Shown here piece by piece: positions 50,651-64,000 of a DNA stretch of 64,000 nt (position 1 is the first letter of the stretch; each line of letters begins with the position of its first letter). The translations under genes were made by a program, and so were the position numbers. The stretch is taken from the NCBI GenBank assembly GCA_965644295.1, contig CBFFRP010000146.1, positions 124,001 through 188,000 on the forward strand. Direction: 5' to 3'. The notes beneath the pieces are model-generated. The model was given only the letters and a program-made list of their open reading frames with translations, did no database searches and had not been told where the DNA came from. This DNA comes from Paraphysomonas bandaiensis (lineage: Eukaryota > Protista > Chrysophyceae).

Positions 50651-51289
50651 CTAGTTAGTAGGTGCTCCGTCCGTGATATCTACATTTCCAGAGCAGTTCT
50701 TTTCGGGATACTTAGATGATGATGTACATTTATGTACAGCTGCTTTTTTAATACCAGCTTTAAGTGCTTTTAAATCTGAAACAACTGTAAGACAAGAAAT
50801 GCAAATACATGTGAACTTACCTATCAATATACTCTCGATATGAGGAAGAAGAAGTGGTTTGAGCATTACATCGTTTACACCACTGGCGACAAACTTCTCT
50901 TCGTCTTCTTCGGTGATATCACCAGTCACACCAATTATCAAACTTGAATAACCCAATTCTCTTATTTTCGCTGTAGCCTCAATACCACCCATTACTGGCA
51001 TTATTGAATCCATGAATATTATATCAAACGGCGCGTTATTGGCGATAGATGAGCTTATTACATCAACTGCCGCCACACCGTCTTCAGCCAAAACAACTTC
51101 CTCAAAGAAATCATTTATTGTCCGGCTTAACATTTTTCTATTGAATTTAGAATCATCTACGACCAGAGCTCTTGAAAACTTAATGACATGGTGGTCCCCC
51201 ATTTCATTCTCATAGTACTCCACAAGGTCACGCTCGTTCACTTTACTCACCTCCCGGTTCTGAGATTCTCTGCGGATGATAGCTCCCAT
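50651..51289 (-). CDS. Stand-alone CheY-like response regulator receiver protein
   Basis: LVVDDS, FMDSIMP (phospho-acceptor Asp), GVTG and LKP; probably has an intron near 50770-50820. Confidence 0.85.
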   Translation of the reverse strand: MGAIIRRESQNREVSKVNERDLVEYYENEMGDHHVIKFSRALVVDDSKFNRKMLSRTINDFFEEVVLAEDGVAAVDVISSSIANNAPFDIIFMDSIMPVMGGIEATAKIRELGYSSLIIGVTGDITEEDEEKFVASGVNDVMLKPLLLPHIESILIGKFTCICISCLTVVSDLKALKAGIKKAAVHKCTSSSKYPEKNCSGNVDITDGAPTN

Positions 51290-51688
51290 CTTCGTGTCGT
51301 TAATGGACCTTAGAGGGATTACTTAATCAGACAGAGAGAATATATCTCGTCTATACTAGGTCAATAGAACATATATGATGCCTATTGTGCCCTTATGGCC
51401 ATCGTCACCCAACTAGTTTCCCTTTTGTGCATCATATCCATATCATAAAACAACAGCCTCAATTTTTGGTAACTGCTTTTTTGTATTTCTATAAAACTGA
51501 AAAAAAGGGAGATGACTTTTAAAGATATTTTTTACGGATGGTAAGATGTGGGGTGTTTTGTACTGAAAATAATAATGGTGAATGTTAATGTAATGAGACT
51601 ATACATTTCAGCTGTCTGAAGAACTCACTAGATACAAAGTATGAAATATTAATCAAGTAAATTTTCCATTTTCTTACATTGTTGTAGG

Positions 51689-52107
51689 ATGGTTAACGTT
51701 CCCAAGGAGAGAAAGACTTTCTGCAAGGGCAAGAAGTGCGGCAAGCACACCCTTCACAAAGTTACCCAGTACAAGGCTGGTAAGGCCTCCAATTTCGCTC
51801 AGGTGTGTGTGTTTCACAATAAATAATGAATAAAAATATAATTATTTTGTTGATGTAGGGTAAGAGAAGGTACGACAATAAGCAGATGGGTTTTGGTGGT
51901 CAGACCAAGCCCGTCTTCCACAAGAAGGTGTGATACTTGTTAGCAAATTTTGAGACTACATGTGACACAAAATATATATAGGCCAAGACCACCAAAAAGA
52001 TCACGCTGCGTCTTGAATGCAAAGAGTGTAAGGCTAAGAAGCAGTTGTGCATTAAGCGCACAAAGCACTTCGAGCTTGGAGAAAAGAAGAAAGTCTCGCA
52101 ATACTAA
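51689..52107 (+). CDS. RPL36A: 60S ribosomal protein eL42 (L36a/L44), 3 coding exons
   Basis: [32 protein letters not shown]...[27 protein letters not shown]. Confidence 0.97.
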
Positions 52108-52884
52108 ATTGCTTGTTGATAGACTGCCATCTCTTAATCTAATGATCATTCTTCAGTAAGTGAGCTATTTACTTTGAAATTATAGATATGGTAAATATGG
52201 GAATGTAGTGCATATTGCAATTCTATTGCTTTTTCGATAGCTCGGTAGAATCGCCTTTTGACATAGTTCAGCTAGAGTATCTGATTCTAGTCTCCTTTTA
52301 GTTAAAGGGAATGGTAATTAGAAAGTGTATGTCGTGACGAAAGCAGTGCTAGTGAGTCGTATGTGAACACCATGACCTTGTACTACTATTCAACAGCGCC
52401 ATAATCCAGATATTACTCAAGTATGTAAAACATGCAACATGATTACTACGTAAATATATACACTTGAAGGACTACTTAGCTAGTATTAGTGTGGATTAGA
52501 GCAGAGTGTGTTGTAACCATAGAGAAGTAGTCATGCGTAATTTCAAATTATAGGTGAGGTGTCATTGTTGTATTATTGTCCCACTGTTTTCATCTGGGGC
52601 TATATTATCCCTATGGCGTTAAGAGTGTTTTATTGAACAATTACAGATCAAACTAACACATATACTGAAAAGAAGTATAGTATATTAATTTAATTGCTTT
52701 GCTGAGAAGGGGAATGGGAAGAAATTATAACACTGTAGACTATAGACTGGAACATCGAATTTGTAAATAATAGCAATGAAGCCCGCACTTAACATTCTCT
52801 CGTAATATTTTTTATATACTATCTTACAAGTAAAGCATATACGACAACAAACATTTATTGGGTATTATTAACCAATTCCTCGTG

Positions 52885-53916
52885 CTACATTTTAGTCAGA
52901 TCATGCACCTTGTCTTTTTCCTTCTCTGTAGGTGAAACAGTGGAGCTCAATTGATTTGACTCAGAATGGAAACGACTCAAGGCAGCATTTAGCATTTTCG
53001 CCCGTTTTGCTTCATGACTAATATTCGAGGTAGCCTCTGCTGCTCTCTTGCTTTCATTTACTCTTCTCATCGTTCCGTCATTTGCCTGTTCTTCACTATG
53101 CCCTAATGTATCCTCGGACTTCGATTCTAGACAACGAGGTCTTTCTGCAACGTTGCATTGAGGAAGTCCAACCTCAAGCACTATGGCACTGTGGTCAGAT
53201 AGCACTTCTCCTGAGACATCATCCGTCCCAGCAATTAATTCAAACGAACACACTTCGACATTTTCGAATTTGTTATGATACACTCTATCGAACCGCGCCT
53301 TTATGTGAGTACTACCGGGCAAATGCCATGTAATTTTAGTTTGTTGCGATGACCCTGCATCCACCCAACAATCGGCTATACAGTTTTTCCTACCATGATG
53401 TGCACTGACTTTATTGATAGCTGCTTTAGCTTCGGAATCTCGCATGTTCAAGTCTCCCGCAAGAAAAGCTGGACCATCATTCTCTGCTAACATCGAGAGA
53501 CACTCTTCTAACTGTGCAACACGTTGTGGTGAAGATTCTTTACAACTTTCCAAATGAGAGCAAACTATAAGAACATCTTTACAACCCGTGCATTTTGCCG
53601 ATATAACGATCATATCTCTAAACATACGACTCTGTGCAAGAGGGGACTGAAACTTCTTCCGGTTAAAAGCATTTAATTTTACATTCGAACGAATATATCC
53701 TACACAAAAATAAGGAGCTTCTGGAGCATTCTGTTCTGTAGCAATATATCCGCTAGATGTGAGTATAGTCTGAATATATGGGAGAGTATCATGAGTAACT
53801 TCTTGGAGAAGTATAACATCAGGTGCGGCAGATAGAAGACATCCACAAATAATATGCGTCCGATCACTTAAATTATCATCATTTAGGCCATCTATATTCC
53901 ATGTAATTATCTTCAT
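52885..53916 (-). CDS. TDP2: Tyrosyl-DNA phosphodiesterase 2-like EEP hydrolase
   Basis: TWNIDGL, LQEV, SHLES, AGDLNMRD, RFDR and SDH motifs. Confidence 0.85.
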   Translation of the reverse strand: MKIITWNIDGLNDDNLSDRTHIICGCLLSAAPDVILLQEVTHDTLPYIQTILTSSGYIATEQNAPEAPYFCVGYIRSNVKLNAFNRKKFQSPLAQSRMFRDMIVISAKCTGCKDVLIVCSHLESCKESSPQRVAQLEECLSMLAENDGPAFLAGDLNMRDSEAKAAINKVSAHHGRKNCIADCWVDAGSSQQTKITWHLPGSTHIKARFDRVYHNKFENVEVCSFELIAGTDDVSGEVLSDHSAIVLEVGLPQCNVAERPRCLESKSEDTLGHSEEQANDGTMRRVNESKRAAEATSNISHEAKRAKMLNAALSRFHSESNQLSSTVSPTEKEKDKVHDLTKM

Positions 53917-54157
53917 TGTTATATAAGGTCTATGCTGAGGATACTATTTGCTTGATGTGTTAAGACTTGAGATTCACAGCTACACTCCAGCTGGAGTTCC
54001 TCTACTGGTACAATACTTGCAAGTAGAATAGAATAAAATGACAAAAATGATTTTTTCAACTGAAAAAGAAAAATATTGAAGACAAAAATGAAAGCAAAAA
54101 ACACTTATATGTGGAACAGTCGATATACAAGGAATTCCTACAAATAAGTATACAGGT

Positions 54158-54344
54158 GTGTATGTATGTATGTATGTATGTATGTATGTATGTATGTATG
54201 TATGTATGTATGTATGTATGTATGTATGTATGTATGTATGTATGTATGTATGTATGTATGTATGTATGTATGTATGTATGTATGTATGTATGTATGTATG
54301 TATGTATGTATGTATGTATGTATGTATGTATGTATGTATGTATG
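54158..54344 (+). repeat. Perfect (TATG)n microsatellite, ~46 copies
   Basis: Directly visible. Confidence 0.98.
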
Positions 54345-54426
54345 TTCTCCTGAAGAATTCTTGTTGATTCAGCTCAGGTCTCGTGATTGCACTATAGCTT
54401 TTGAGCTACTTACAACCATCTGTCAA

Positions 54427-55698
54427 ATGAACGCTTGTGATAGACCTCATCGAGGTATATTCAGCGCCGCTGATCTCGAAGAATTTAAACAATCTGAATC
54501 GTACAGCGAAATAACTAAGTTTGTGCGACTGTGTGGCAACGCTGTAACAGGTTTAAGAATAAGCGATGTTAGTCATATTCCAGAGGTGTTTTAATTCCGC
54601 TGCATAGTCACTATAGTAGTATAATGCATATGTTATCTATTTAGGCTGTTGCATCGATTGAGAATTTTATGAACACCCTGGAGCAATGGGTAGATGAAAT
54701 ACCTCCTATACAACAGCCGATGCGTTTTGGGAATAAAGCCTTCCGCCAATGGCACGAACGTTTGGAACAGGTTTGTATGGTTATACTGAATATGATGCAA
54801 CTAATAGTTATTGCCTTGTAGAATGCTCCGGATTTTGTAGCAAGTTTGCTACCACATGACAAGAGGCAGTATTCGCCGGAATTGCTAGCATATTTCAGTG
54901 ACTCATTTGGAAATACGAGACGCATAGATTATGGAACTGGTCACGAGGCAAATATGGCGTTTTTTTTTCTATGTCTTCTCAAAATTGGTGTCATACGTGA
55001 ATCCGACCTTGCAGCACTTATTCTTCGGAGTTTTAGCGCATACGTGAAGACTATGAGAAAGCTTCAGAGTACATATCTCTTGGAACCTGCAGGTTCTCAT
55101 GGGGTGTGGGGATTAGATGATTACCACTGCCTTATATTCGTGTGGGGGTCAGCTCAGGTATGAAGTCATTGGTATAAGGGTTAGCTTTGACTTCCGTAGT
55201 TGGTTGACCATTCAGAAATTACCCCGAAAAGTGTCAGAGACTCTAATACTGTTTCGTATTATGCCGATGAGTATTTGTATTTGGAAGGGATACGGTTAGT
55301 ATTTGGAAGAGTTTACGTGTTGCTTAATCACTGCCATCATAGGACCATTTACAGAATAAAGTCGTCAGCCCCTTTCGCAGAAACTTCCCCAATGCTATAT
55401 AGCATTAGGTCAGTGTGATAAACTTCCTTTTATTCCACAGTAACGTTACTGCAGTGACCTTAAAGATTGGAAGGCGGTATACACTGGAATGCTCAAGCTT
55501 TTTGGGGGTGAGGTGCTACATAAGCTACCTGTGGTTCAGCACATGGTGTTCGGTTCTCTTCTGCGTTGTACATGGAGCCCCAGTGGTTCAGAATCATTGC
55601 CAGCTGCATCTGGATCGTCAGGCACATCAGAAGGTGTTCCTCCTCTTCCTAGTTCCAGTATTGATACACCGCGACAATCAAGTATGTATTCCTTGTAA
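54427..55698 (+). CDS. PTPA: PP2A phosphatase activator (PTPA/RRD), multi-exon
   Basis: PPIQQPMRFGNKAFRQW, FGNTRRIDYGTGHE, LEPAGSHGVWGLDDYH and KLPVVQH. Confidence 0.93.
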
Positions 55699-57192
55699 GT
55701 TGTCTACACTACTTATATGCTTTAGCAGACTCTTCTTCAGTGTGTCAAGAGGCTGCTACTGTTGCGCCATGGGCGAGCAATCAAAAATAGCTGAATGCAG
55801 CATCATTTTCGTTACCTGGGTAGTACTGTTCTTTGTCATGCGTATGTTGACTAGGTTTTTTCCGAGTCACATTAATTTAGTTACACAACAATAATTTAAT
55901 CCAACGCTTTCGTGACTATCTTATATCTATTTCGGCCTTGTCATATATATATGCTAATATATACTATTTCTTCAAAGTAGTACTCACTGCCGAAGTGCTG
56001 TGTCGTGTGTGTTTTCGTTACGATTAGTTGCTAATTTGAAGCATGCTTAAGTGAGAGCAAGCAGCAGGCACGCACACCCATCTTTGAGGTTCACCCTGCA
56101 GTAACTATTTTATATTTGATGTAAGATGTAGAATACGAGTAGTTTTTTATCTAAGCTGTTTTTATATTGGCCGGATAGTACTAGTTCTATATTTCGCAGC
56201 TATATCAGTATATATCTATCAGAGTACATGCTCTCTATGAAAGCACTGTGTTTAATATTATGTAGATTTATAAAACAATAATAAATTCAACGGCATCATG
56301 TTATTTATATATTCAAGTTTAAGTGTATGAGCGTTGGGGTTTGCACTGAAAGTACGTTGTGTTTCTTACGAGTTGTGTTTAAATTTCCGATATGCAGTAG
56401 CTTATACTCTTGACGACACTAATATTCTCTTTGCTGTATACGTTTTATATTTTTATATTTTTATATTTTCTGAAGTCACCAACTATCAAGAAGGTGTTGT
56501 TGCACAGGGCTCACATAACATGGACTGCTTGCGCAAAAGCCTGTATGGGTGAAATTATATATTTCCTGTTGGCAATGAGGGCTATGTGTGTGCAGATTAC
56601 TATTGATTTCATACTACAGCCCTTGGTGATTGTGATACCAGTCAAAAACATGTCAACTTCTTGATGATAAGAGCATAGATGCTCTTATTCGGGTGGAGAT
56701 AGATGTGTAATCAGTGTTCACAACTATCGCTACACATACCACAACGATGCAACTCTTACAGCACGCCTCTGTGCATTATGGGACAATAGACACCTATGTC
56801 ATGGAATCACACACTGAATACGCGTATGTAATCGGTATTTTCGGATTTCGTGAGGTGAAAAGTCCAGTTTCTCATCTCATATAACTTCAAAACTATGGTT
56901 TTTCGATAGCCTCTGGAATGTCAGTCATCATAAGACTTAGCTCTATCTATAGCGCACTGCTGCTGTAAGATATATGGCGCTAATCCACATCACATCGTCT
57001 ATTGAGTGTCTTAATTCATCTACAGCATAGCTGAATCCTCATGAAATCTGACTATCAATTATTCACAGTGTGCAGCATATATGATCCAGGTCACTGGTGT
57101 CTGATATATGAGGTCAAGTTCAGCTCAGTGTCTGACAGTCTCTGGATATGCTGCATGGATAAAAGTCTATATACGAATATCAAAGTTAATAC

Positions 57193-58461
57193 ATGAAGCC
57201 CCTCTCGTCATCCATATCGTTGCTCATCGTCTCGTTCTTCTTACAATGGCTTCAGCTGTGGGCTTCTTGTTCTGAGGATTTGTCAAATGTATACTATATA
57301 CCTGTGTATGATATGGGTTCATCTGCACCAACAATGTACGTCAACAGTTTTGGCTGTCAATGTGACGGATGGGGTGGTGATGTTGTTTCCCAGAGCTGGA
57401 GAATTGACTTTAGACATAGAAACTGCACATGTTCAATAACTTATGATTCAAAGTCTTTTGATCTAGTACATATTGACGTGTTAATGAATACTATGAATCA
57501 TATATCTGGCAATTATCATGACCTCGAAGTAAAATTATATCATGAAGATAGAATGGCAAATGTTCTGGAAGTCATTGTTCCACTGGTTATCGATGTCAGC
57601 ATTTACGATAGCGAAGACTGGTTGAAATATGTAGCATTGCTCGGCACCAATAACTTCACCAACGTACGTACCTTTCATCCTTACGACGACATGGTTCCTG
57701 ACTACACAGACTATGCGACGTTTCTTGTCTCGTCCCCCATTTGTAACACCACAATACGTCGAATCGTGATGCTGGATAATGTTCTTGTCGGATTGCAATT
57801 CTATGTATCTATCCGGCATATAGTGTACAACTCAACACTAGCAGGCTCCATAATTCCTTCAAATAGTAACGATATCATTAATCTAAATGCTTCAGAGGTG
57901 AGTCTCTATCGTTACATTTCTCAGCAGGATGAAATTTTGAAGCCGAAGCCAAGGCCAAATGCTGGTCCTAACAGCGTGAGTAACGACACAATGATTTTGG
58001 TCGGTGGTATTACGGCTGCGCTTGCTGTTTTATCTGCTGCAATTCTCTTTGTAAAATGGAAGAATCGCCAGTATAAAACGATTGATACTTCAGTTAATGT
58101 TGCGTACGCATTTCCCAGTCTGGATGCTACATCCCACTGTAAAATTAATACAGGAATTCCCAAAGAACAGGAAGATGTTGAGTTGGTACTTCAAGATATT
58201 GTTTCATACGATATCAATGAACAAAATAACGACATGGACCGGTTTACACCTTTTCTTGACAAGTCAATAACAGCTTCGGACAGCTGTATTCCCCCATATT
58301 TCACTCTGGCAGCTCAGTATTGCGAAAGTGAAGATTACACTTATGAAACATGTGAGCATTGCGAAGATAAATTGGTAACAGATGAAGATAGTAGCGACGA
58401 AGAGTTTAACGAGATTAGCTTTTTCACTCCACAAAAGCATTCGTATGATAACTTCTTGTGA
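57193..58461 (+). CDS. Hypothetical type I membrane protein (signal peptide, Cys-containing ectodomain, one TM helix, acidic tail)
   Basis: 422-aa ORF; hydrophobic N-terminus; TM helix ILVGGITAALAVLSAAILFV followed by KWKNR; several N-x-S/T sequons. Confidence 0.75.
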   Translation: MKPLSSSISLLIVSFFLQWLQLWASCSEDLSNVYYIPVYDMGSSAPTMYVNSFGCQCDGWGGDVVSQSWRIDFRHRNCTCSITYDSKSFDLVHIDVLMNTMNHISGNYHDLEVKLYHEDRMANVLEVIVPLVIDVSIYDSEDWLKYVALLGTNNFTNVRTFHPYDDMVPDYTDYATFLVSSPICNTTIRRIVMLDNVLVGLQFYVSIRHIVYNSTLAGSIIPSNSNDIINLNASEVSLYRYISQQDEILKPKPRPNAGPNSVSNDTMILVGGITAALAVLSAAILFVKWKNRQYKTIDTSVNVAYAFPSLDATSHCKINTGIPKEQEDVELVLQDIVSYDINEQNNDMDRFTPFLDKSITASDSCIPPYFTLAAQYCESEDYTYETCEHCEDKLVTDEDSSDEEFNEISFFTPQKHSYDNFL

Positions 58462-59312
58462 TATTTTGTATCACTACGAGCAATGCCATGTTTCTGTAAG
58501 GTTGTTTAGTATCAGTACTTCTCAGTACTTTTCACATGGAAAGCATTCAATACTATGAAGTTAGTGCATTAGGAAATCACAACGCAAATATTTAATCATT
58601 TGAACTCAGCTGAAGATATTATGTAGATCACGAAAATAATATTATGGTTACAGTGTTTGTTGTAAGATTTCCATCTATCATTGCATATCTTTTAAATACT
58701 ATAATTTGCTGTAATAGTGTTAAATCATAATATTACTACTGCCAATATATTTGAAGTAAGAACTAGATATTTCGAGTGGTCTCGAGAACTATACTTCAAT
58801 AAGATAGCACCTCCTATGTACATACAACATACAAATGTAAATACCAACGGAACTATCAGGGAAAGAAAATTCCATGTATAAAAAAATATGCTCAGTGCGA
58901 GATTCTTTTACGCTCTATTGCGATGGAAATAACTGTACTTTATATAGTCGCTTATTTTGACTTCACCACCGGAGAAATGGTGTAGCCAAGCAAGCATGTT
59001 GTCCTTTGTAGCCGCCCAAGCGTATAATGCAAAATAAACTCGTAGCAGGTAGTGATTTATCTTCAGCCTAACCTCCACAGGAGACCCTAATTGGGTGCAC
59101 CGCTGTTGAGAAGATAACATCGATATGAAGAGCCACATGAATATCTGCATAGTACTTGAATAGCATAATACTAGGGTGTCTTTTCCTCACTCAAAAAGCC
59201 CATGAAATTATCTCCTAGGTAAAACAATCGCTAGGAACTCCTACTAGTCAATTTCAAGCTTAAATTCTGTCTATAATCATACACATTCTTAGAGATCTAG
59301 AACACAGAGCGA

Positions 59313-62300
59313 TCCATATCCATATCCACCATATCCACCATATCCACACACATATCCACACACATATCTACCATATCCACACACATATCCACACACATAT
59401 CCACCATATCCACACACATATCCACACACATATCCACCATATCCACCATATCCACACACATATCCACCATATCCACACACATATCCACACACATATCCAC
59501 CATATCCACACACATATCCACACACATATCCACCATATCCACACACATATCCACACACATATCCACCATATCCACCATATCCACACACATATCCACCATA
59601 TCCACACACATATCCACACACATATCCACCATATCCACCATATCCACACACATATCCACCATATCCACACACATATCCACACACATATCCACCATATCCA
59701 CCATATCCACACACATATCCACCATATCCACACACATATCCACACACATATCCACCATATCCACCATATCCACACACATATCCACCATATCCACCATATC
59801 CACACACATATCCACCATATCCACACACATATCCACACACATATCCACCATATCCACACACATATCCACCATATCCACACACATATCCACACACATATCC
59901 ACCATATCCACACACATATCCACACACATATCCACCATATCCACCATATCCACACACATATCCACACAGTACACCATATCCACCATATCCACACACATAT
60001 CCACCATATCCACACACATATCCACACACATATCCACCATATCCACACACATATCCACACACATATCCACCATATCCACCATATCCACACACATATCCAC
60101 CATATCCACACACATATCCACCATATCCACCATATCCACACACATATCCACACACATATCCACCATATCCACCATATCCACACACATATCCACCATATCC
60201 ACACACATATCCACACACATATCCACACACATATCCACACACATATCCACCATATCCACCATATCCACACACATATCCACCATATCCACACACATATCCA
60301 CCATATCCACCATATCCACACACATATCCACACACATATCCACCATATCCACCATATCCACACACATATCCACCATATCCACACACATATCCACACACAT
60401 ATCCACCATATCCACCATATCCACACACATATCCACCATATCCACACACATATCCACACACATATCCACCATATCCACCATATCCACACACATATCCACC
60501 ATATCCACACACATATCCACACACATATCCACCATATCCACCATATCCACACACATATCCACCATATCCACACACATATCCACACACATATCCACCATAT
60601 CCACCATATCCACACACATATCCACCATATCCACACACATATCCACACACATATCCACCATATCCACACACATATCCACACACATATCCACCATATCCAC
60701 CATATCCACACACATATCCACCATATCCACACACATATCCACACACATATCCACCATATCCACCATATCCACACACATATCCACCATATCCACACACATA
60801 TCCACCATATCCACACACATATCCACCATATCCACCATATCCACACACATATCCACCATATCCACACACATATCCACACACATATCCACCATATCCACCA
60901 TATCCACACACATATCCACCATATCCACACACATATCCACACACATATCCACCATATCCACCATATCCACACACATATCCACCATATCCACACACATATC
61001 CACACACATATCCACCATATCCACCATATCCACACACATATCCACCATATCCACACACATATCCACACACATATCCACCATATCCACACACATATCCACA
61101 CACATATCCACCATATCCACCATATCCACACACATATCCACCATATCCACACACATATCCACACACATATCCACCATATCCACCATATCCACACACATAT
61201 CCACCATATCCACACACATATCCACCATATCCACACACATATCCACACACATATCCACCATATCCACCATATCCACACACATATCCACCATATCCACACA
61301 CATATCCACACACATATCCACACACATATCTACCATATCCACACACATATCCACACACATATCCACCATATCCACACACATATCCACACACATATCCACC
61401 ATATCCACCATATCCACACACATATCCACCATATCCACACACATATCCACACACATATCCACCATATCCACCATATCCACACACATATCCACCATATCCA
61501 CACACATATCCACACACATATCCACCATATCCACCATATCCACACACATATCCACCATATCCACACACATATCCACACAGTAGTGAATGTCTGATTATTT
61601 AGCAATAGGCGTTGAGACCTTGCATCAATTAGTGGCTAGAAGAATGCTAGTCATACTAGTTAGACCACTACCCGTAACTAATCAATACAAACTCTTTTAT
61701 CCTACTATTTAACGCTACGAAAGCTGCTTGTGCGTCGCCGCAAGCACCAAGGTGCAACCACTTCCGTTCACATATCCACACACATATCCACCATATCCAC
61801 CATATCCACACACATATCCACCATATCCACACACATATCCACACACATATCCACCATATCCACACACATATCCACACACATATCCACACAGTACACCATA
61901 TCCACACACATATCCACACACATATCCACCATATCCACACACATATCCACACACATATCCACCATATCCACACACATATCCACACACATATCCACCATAT
62001 CCACACACATATCCACACACATATCCACCATATCCACCATATCCACACACATATCCACCATATCCACACACATATCCACACACATATCCACCATATCCAC
62101 CATATCCACACACATATCCACCATATCCACACACATATCCACACACATATCCACCATATCCACACACATATCCACACACATATCCACCATATCCACCATA
62201 TCCACACACATATCCACCATATCCACACACATATCCACACAGTACACCATATCCACCATATCCACACACATATCCACCATATCCACACACATATCCACAC

Positions 62301-63982
62301 ACATATCCACCATATCCACACACATATCCACACACATATCCACCATATCCACACACATATCCACACACATATCCACCATATCCACACACATATCCACCAT
62401 ATCCACCATATCCACACACATATCCACACACATATCCACCATATCCACCATATCCACACACATATCCACCATATCCACACACATATCCACACACATATCC
62501 ACCATATCCACCATATCCACACACATATCCACCATATCCACACACATATCCACACACATATCCACCATATCCACCATATCCACACACATATCCACCATAT
62601 CCACACACATATCCACACACATATCCACCATATCCACCATATCCACACACATATCCACCATATCCACACACATATCCACACACATATCCACCATATCCAC
62701 CATATCCACACACATATCCACCATATCCACACACATATCCACACACATATCCACCATATCCACACACATATCCACACACATATCCACCATATCCACCATA
62801 TCCACACACATATCCACCATATCCACACACATATCCACACACATATCCACCATATCCACCATATCCACACACATATCCACCATATCCACACACATATCCA
62901 CACACATATCCACCATATCCACACACATATCCACACAGTACACCATATCCACCATATCCACACACATATCCACCATATCCACACACATATCCACACACAT
63001 ATTCACCATATCCACCATATCCACACACATATCCACCATATCCACACACATATCCACACACATATCCACCATATCCACCATATCCACACACATATCCACC
63101 ATATCCACACACATATCCACACACATATCCACCATATCCACACACATATCCACACAGTACACCATATCCACCATATCCACACACATATCCACCATATCCA
63201 CACACATATCCACACACATATCCACCATATCCACACACATATCCACACACATATCCACCATATCCACCATATCCACACACATATCCACACAGTACACCAT
63301 ATCCACCATATCCACACACATATCCACCATATCCACACACATATCCACACACATATCCACCATATCCACACACATATCCACACACATATCCACCATATCC
63401 ACCATATCCACACACATATCCACCATATCCACACACATATCCACCATATCCACCATATCCACACACATATCCACACACATATCCACCATATCCACCATAT
63501 CCACACACATATCCACCATATCCACACACATATCCACACACATATCCACCATATCCACACACATATCCACACACATATCCACCATATCCACACACATATC
63601 CACCATATCCACACACATATCCACCATATCCACACACATATCCACACACATATCCACCATATCCACACACATATCCACACACATATCCACCATATCCACC
63701 ATATCCACACACATATCCACCATATCCACCATATCCACACACATATCCACCATATCCACACACATATCCACACACATATCCACCATATCCACACACATAT
63801 CCACACACATATCCACCATATCCACCATATCCACACACATATCCACCATATCCACACACATATCCACACAGTACACCATATCCACCATATCCACACACAT
63901 ATCCACACACATATCCACCATATCCACACACATATCCACACACATATCCACCATATCCACACACATATCCACACAGTACACC
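59313..63982. repeat. Two-monomer satellite of 12-mer CATATCCACACA and 9-mer CATATCCAC, with higher-order patterns
   Basis: About 4.7 kb made almost entirely of these two units, with rare variants (CCACACAGTACAC, CTACCAT). Confidence 0.97.
61580..61769 (-). mobile_element. ~190-bp 3'-terminal fragment of the same LINE family, inside the satellite
   Basis: Aligns with 25645-25825. GCTGCTTGTGCGTCGCCGCAAGCACCAAGGTGCAACCACTTCCGTTC is identical and TATTTAGCAATAGGCGTT is shared. Confidence 0.9.
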
Positions 63983-64000
63983 AGCATACCGTCGAATACT

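Noticed and set aside
51500-51690. Possible snoRNA upstream of, or in the 5' intron of, RPL36A (ATGA/CTGA boxes)
   Set aside because: No terminal stem or recognisable rRNA complementarity.
54111-54367. MYVC-repeat ORFs
   Set aside because: Translations of (TATG)n.
59289-63987. Very long ORFs (GYGGYVC, MVDMCVD, WICVWIW) in three frames
   Set aside because: A by-product of stop-free 9/12-bp monomers; all three frames are open, and there is no signal peptide or synonymous variation.

Overview
Eukaryotic nuclear DNA, gene-dense with short (~45-70 nt) GT-AG introns. The gene set (CRT-like transporter, stand-alone response regulator, TTLL10-type glycylase, four-repeat K+ channel) suggests a flagellated protist, probably a stramenopile; this is inference only. 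About 16 host genes are recognisable: qRRM protein, NlpC/P60-TTLL10 fusion, FHA, PX, CRT-like, Cys/Gly-rich secreted protein, tetra-repeat CNBD K+ channel, R2R3-Myb, S10 carboxypeptidase, TM9SF, receiver protein, eL42, TDP2, PTPA and two orphans. They are interleaved with a repeat/TE patchwork at 7-15.5 kb, a complete non-autonomous hAT element, three copies of an RNase H-bearing LINE family and a 4.7-kb two-monomer satellite. The most notable observations are: (1) a spliced fusion of an NlpC/P60 cysteine peptidase with a TTLL10-like ligase; (2) a seven-copy array of a candidate box C/D snoRNA filling one TM9SF intron; (3) a four-repeat CNGK-like channel with degenerate CNBDs and a C2 domain inserted in the fourth CNBD; (4) a 233-bp array of alternating hairpins with strand-biased G-U pairing; (5) LINEs with a covarying 3' GNRA stem-loop, two of them inside minisatellites. 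Exon boundaries were read by eye and no database search was run.
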